Shown in pieces: positions 62,114 through 64,000 of a stretch of 64,000 nt of DNA; the stretch's first letter is position 1, and every line of letters starts with the position of its first letter. The notes beneath the pieces were generated by a model. That model did not search any database, was not told the DNA's origin, and saw nothing but the letters and a program-made list of their open reading frames with translations. A program made the position numbers and the translations under genes. The DNA is from Alphaproteobacteria bacterium (lineage in GTDB: Bacteria; Pseudomonadota; Alphaproteobacteria; Rs-D84; SZUA-605): the NCBI GenBank assembly GCA_031549385.1, contig JAVBPW010000001.1, positions 1 to 64,000 on the forward strand. The letters are read 5' to 3'.

Positions 62114-62542
62114 TTATATTATAGTATTACTAGATTTAATTTTATGAACTTCATTTTCTATGTAAAAATTTAAGGTTATTGTATCCTTAGGTAAAAACGA
62201 TTTTGCAATTTGTGGCCATTCTATCATTGTTATACCATTTGAAAAAAGACCTTGGATATCCAGTTCTATTAATTCTTCTTTGTCGTTTAGGCGATATAAA
62301 TCCAAATGATTTATTATATTGTCTTTTCCTTTATAGACTTGGAGTATAGTAAATGTTGGAGATGGAACTATTGTTTCATTACCTAGCAAATGTTTTATGA
62401 AAGCACGAGCAAAGGTTGTTTTGCCTGTTCCTAAATCTCCATTTAATGCTATTACTTTTGGGGCAGAAATCGAATCAGCCATTTTTCTTGCAAAAGCTTC
62501 CATATCCTGCTGAGTTAAAAATTCATATATCTTTTCTGACAT
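62114..62542 (-). CDS. tsaE: tRNA t6A biosynthesis ATPase
   Basis: GDLGTGKTTF, SPTF, HLDLYRL, IEW. Confidence 0.95.
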   Translation of the reverse strand: MSEKIYEFLTQQDMEAFARKMADSISAPKVIALNGDLGTGKTTFARAFIKHLLGNETIVPSPTFTILQVYKGKDNIINHLDLYRLNDKEELIELDIQGLFSNGITMIEWPQIAKSFLPKDTITLNFYIENEVHKIKSSNTII

Positions 62543-63543
62543 TAGAATATTGCAAACCCCATTGTCTTTTTTACTGCATCTACTTTCTTTGATGCTGTTT
62601 GACGGGCAGTGTCTGCACCTTTTTTCAAAATAGACTCTAAATAATCTTTGTTATTCATTAACTCATTTGTTTTATCTCTGATTGGAGCTACACACTCAAT
62701 TACCTTTTCTGTGAGAATCGGTTTGAATGTTCCAAAATTATTTCCAGCAAACTCTTTTACTGTATCTGATAATGATAATCCTGAAAGAGATGAATAAATT
62801 GTTAATAGGTTTTTAACCTCTGGACGCGAATCGAGAGCTTTTATATTATCTGGTATTGGTTCTGTATCTGTCTTTGCTCTTTTGATTTTTGATGCTATTG
62901 CATCGTTGCTATCAAGAAGATAGATAATTCCATTACCTTCATCATCTGACTTACTCATTTTTTTGCTAGCATCTTTCAAAGACATTATGCGAGCACCCTC
63001 TTTCTTTATTACTGGTTGAGGTATTACAAATAAATTTTTTTTATAATCATGATTGAACTTTTGAGCTATATCACGACATAATTCAACATGTTGTTTTTGA
63101 TCATCACCTACTGGTACATGAGTAGAATCATATAATAAAATATCTGCGGCCATTAATGATGGATAAGCATACAAACCTAATGATGCTTTTTCTTTATTTG
63201 TGCCTGACTTTTCTTTGAACTGTGTCATTCTGTCCATCCAACCTACACGTGCTACACAATTTAATAACCATGCTAGCTCTGAATGTTCTTTAACATGACT
63301 TTGAATGAATAAAGTTGATTTTTTGGGATCTATACCAGATGCTAAATATACTGCCGCTGTTAGGTAACTTCTTCTTAATAAATCTGATGGTTCTTGATAA
63401 ACTGTTATAGCATGTAAATCTGCTACACAAAAATATTTTGTACCATCTTCTTTTTGAGTATCTAACCATTGAGAAACTGCGCCAATTATATGACCTATTG
63501 TTAATTCTCCACTTGGTTTGATACCTGAAAAAATAGTTTTCAT
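62542..63543 (-). CDS. trpS: Tryptophan-tRNA ligase
   Basis: SGIKPSG, TIGH, YPSLMAADIL, VPVGDDQKQH, KMSKS. Confidence 0.97.
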   Translation of the reverse strand: MKTIFSGIKPSGELTIGHIIGAVSQWLDTQKEDGTKYFCVADLHAITVYQEPSDLLRRSYLTAAVYLASGIDPKKSTLFIQSHVKEHSELAWLLNCVARVGWMDRMTQFKEKSGTNKEKASLGLYAYPSLMAADILLYDSTHVPVGDDQKQHVELCRDIAQKFNHDYKKNLFVIPQPVIKKEGARIMSLKDASKKMSKSDDEGNGIIYLLDSNDAIASKIKRAKTDTEPIPDNIKALDSRPEVKNLLTIYSSLSGLSLSDTVKEFAGNNFGTFKPILTEKVIECVAPIRDKTNELMNNKDYLESILKKGADTARQTASKKVDAVKKTMGFAIF

Positions 63544-63556
63544 TTTTTATCCTTTA

Positions 63557-64000
63557 TTAATAGAAGTCAGCATTTGCATCTTTAACACCATCTGAAGTGT
63601 AAATTTTTTGACGTTTGATTGTAAAAAAATCTTTGCTGAAGCTTTTTGTTTTTTCTATGTTTTGTAATGTTACTCTTGTTGTTAATCCTGTTGCATCTTT
63701 TGTTTCCCAACCTACTAATTCAAATGGTGCTTTGCGGAAGTATATTTTAATATTTCCAACAGCTGGATCTTTTGCAAGAGTTGCAAGTATTTCATAATAT
63801 TCATCAACTTGTTGTGTTTGAATTACTTTGATTTCTTTTCCGTCTAATAAATCTAAATCCTTTTTGAATAAAATTCCTGCTGGTATAGAATTTAAACCTA
63901 TGTGAGTTACTTGGTCTAATTTTTTATCATAATAAATTAAATTCTTTCCATCACTTACCATTTGTTGTGGTGATTTGTAATCCAAACGAATCAATGATGG
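63557..64000 (-). CDS. lolA: Outer-membrane lipoprotein carrier LolA family (5' part outside window)
   Basis: RLDY..P....VSDG....YYD..LDQ, L.GW...D..G..T. Confidence 0.75.
   Translation of the reverse strand, partial: PSLIRLDYKSPQQMVSDGKNLIYYDKKLDQVTHIGLNSIPAGILFKKDLDLLDGKEIKVIQTQQVDEYYEILATLAKDPAVGNIKIYFRKAPFELVGWETKDATGLTTRVTLQNIEKTKSFSKDFFTIKRQKIYTSDGVKDANADFY

Overview
AT-rich bacterial chromosome segment (standard code 11). The housekeeping genes look alphaproteobacterial: parE, dnaJ, thyA, addA, ftsZ, tRNA-Phe, amiC, mlaC, tkt, ruvB, pyk, gapR, rpsD, rnhA, PBP1A, topA, gyrA, ssb, tsaE, trpS and lolA. The window opens inside a >1600-aa modular secreted protein that the ORF track missed. 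The main feature is an intact T7-like (podovirus) virion/packaging/lysis gene set with no integrase, replication or repressor genes, broken up among core genes. The main cluster is at 23.8-32.4 kb and the portal pair has moved to 17.7-19.5 kb. This is a candidate domesticated gene transfer agent. It is preceded by a promoter, three cUUCGg hairpins and a terminator. Its large terminase is split at the ATPase/nuclease linker by a self-contained small-RNA-like unit with an anti-Shine-Dalgarno loop. Other non-coding structure: a second anti-SD RNA with a perfect 14-nt match to the mlaC RBS, four tandem promoter-to-terminator units with little coding capacity (51.4-52.7 kb), tRNA-Phe-linked repeats, a 24-bp palindromic repeat that supplies stop codons, and SD-less ORFan genes sharing an AAACTTAA leader. 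All calls come from reading motifs by eye; no database searches or folding programs were run.
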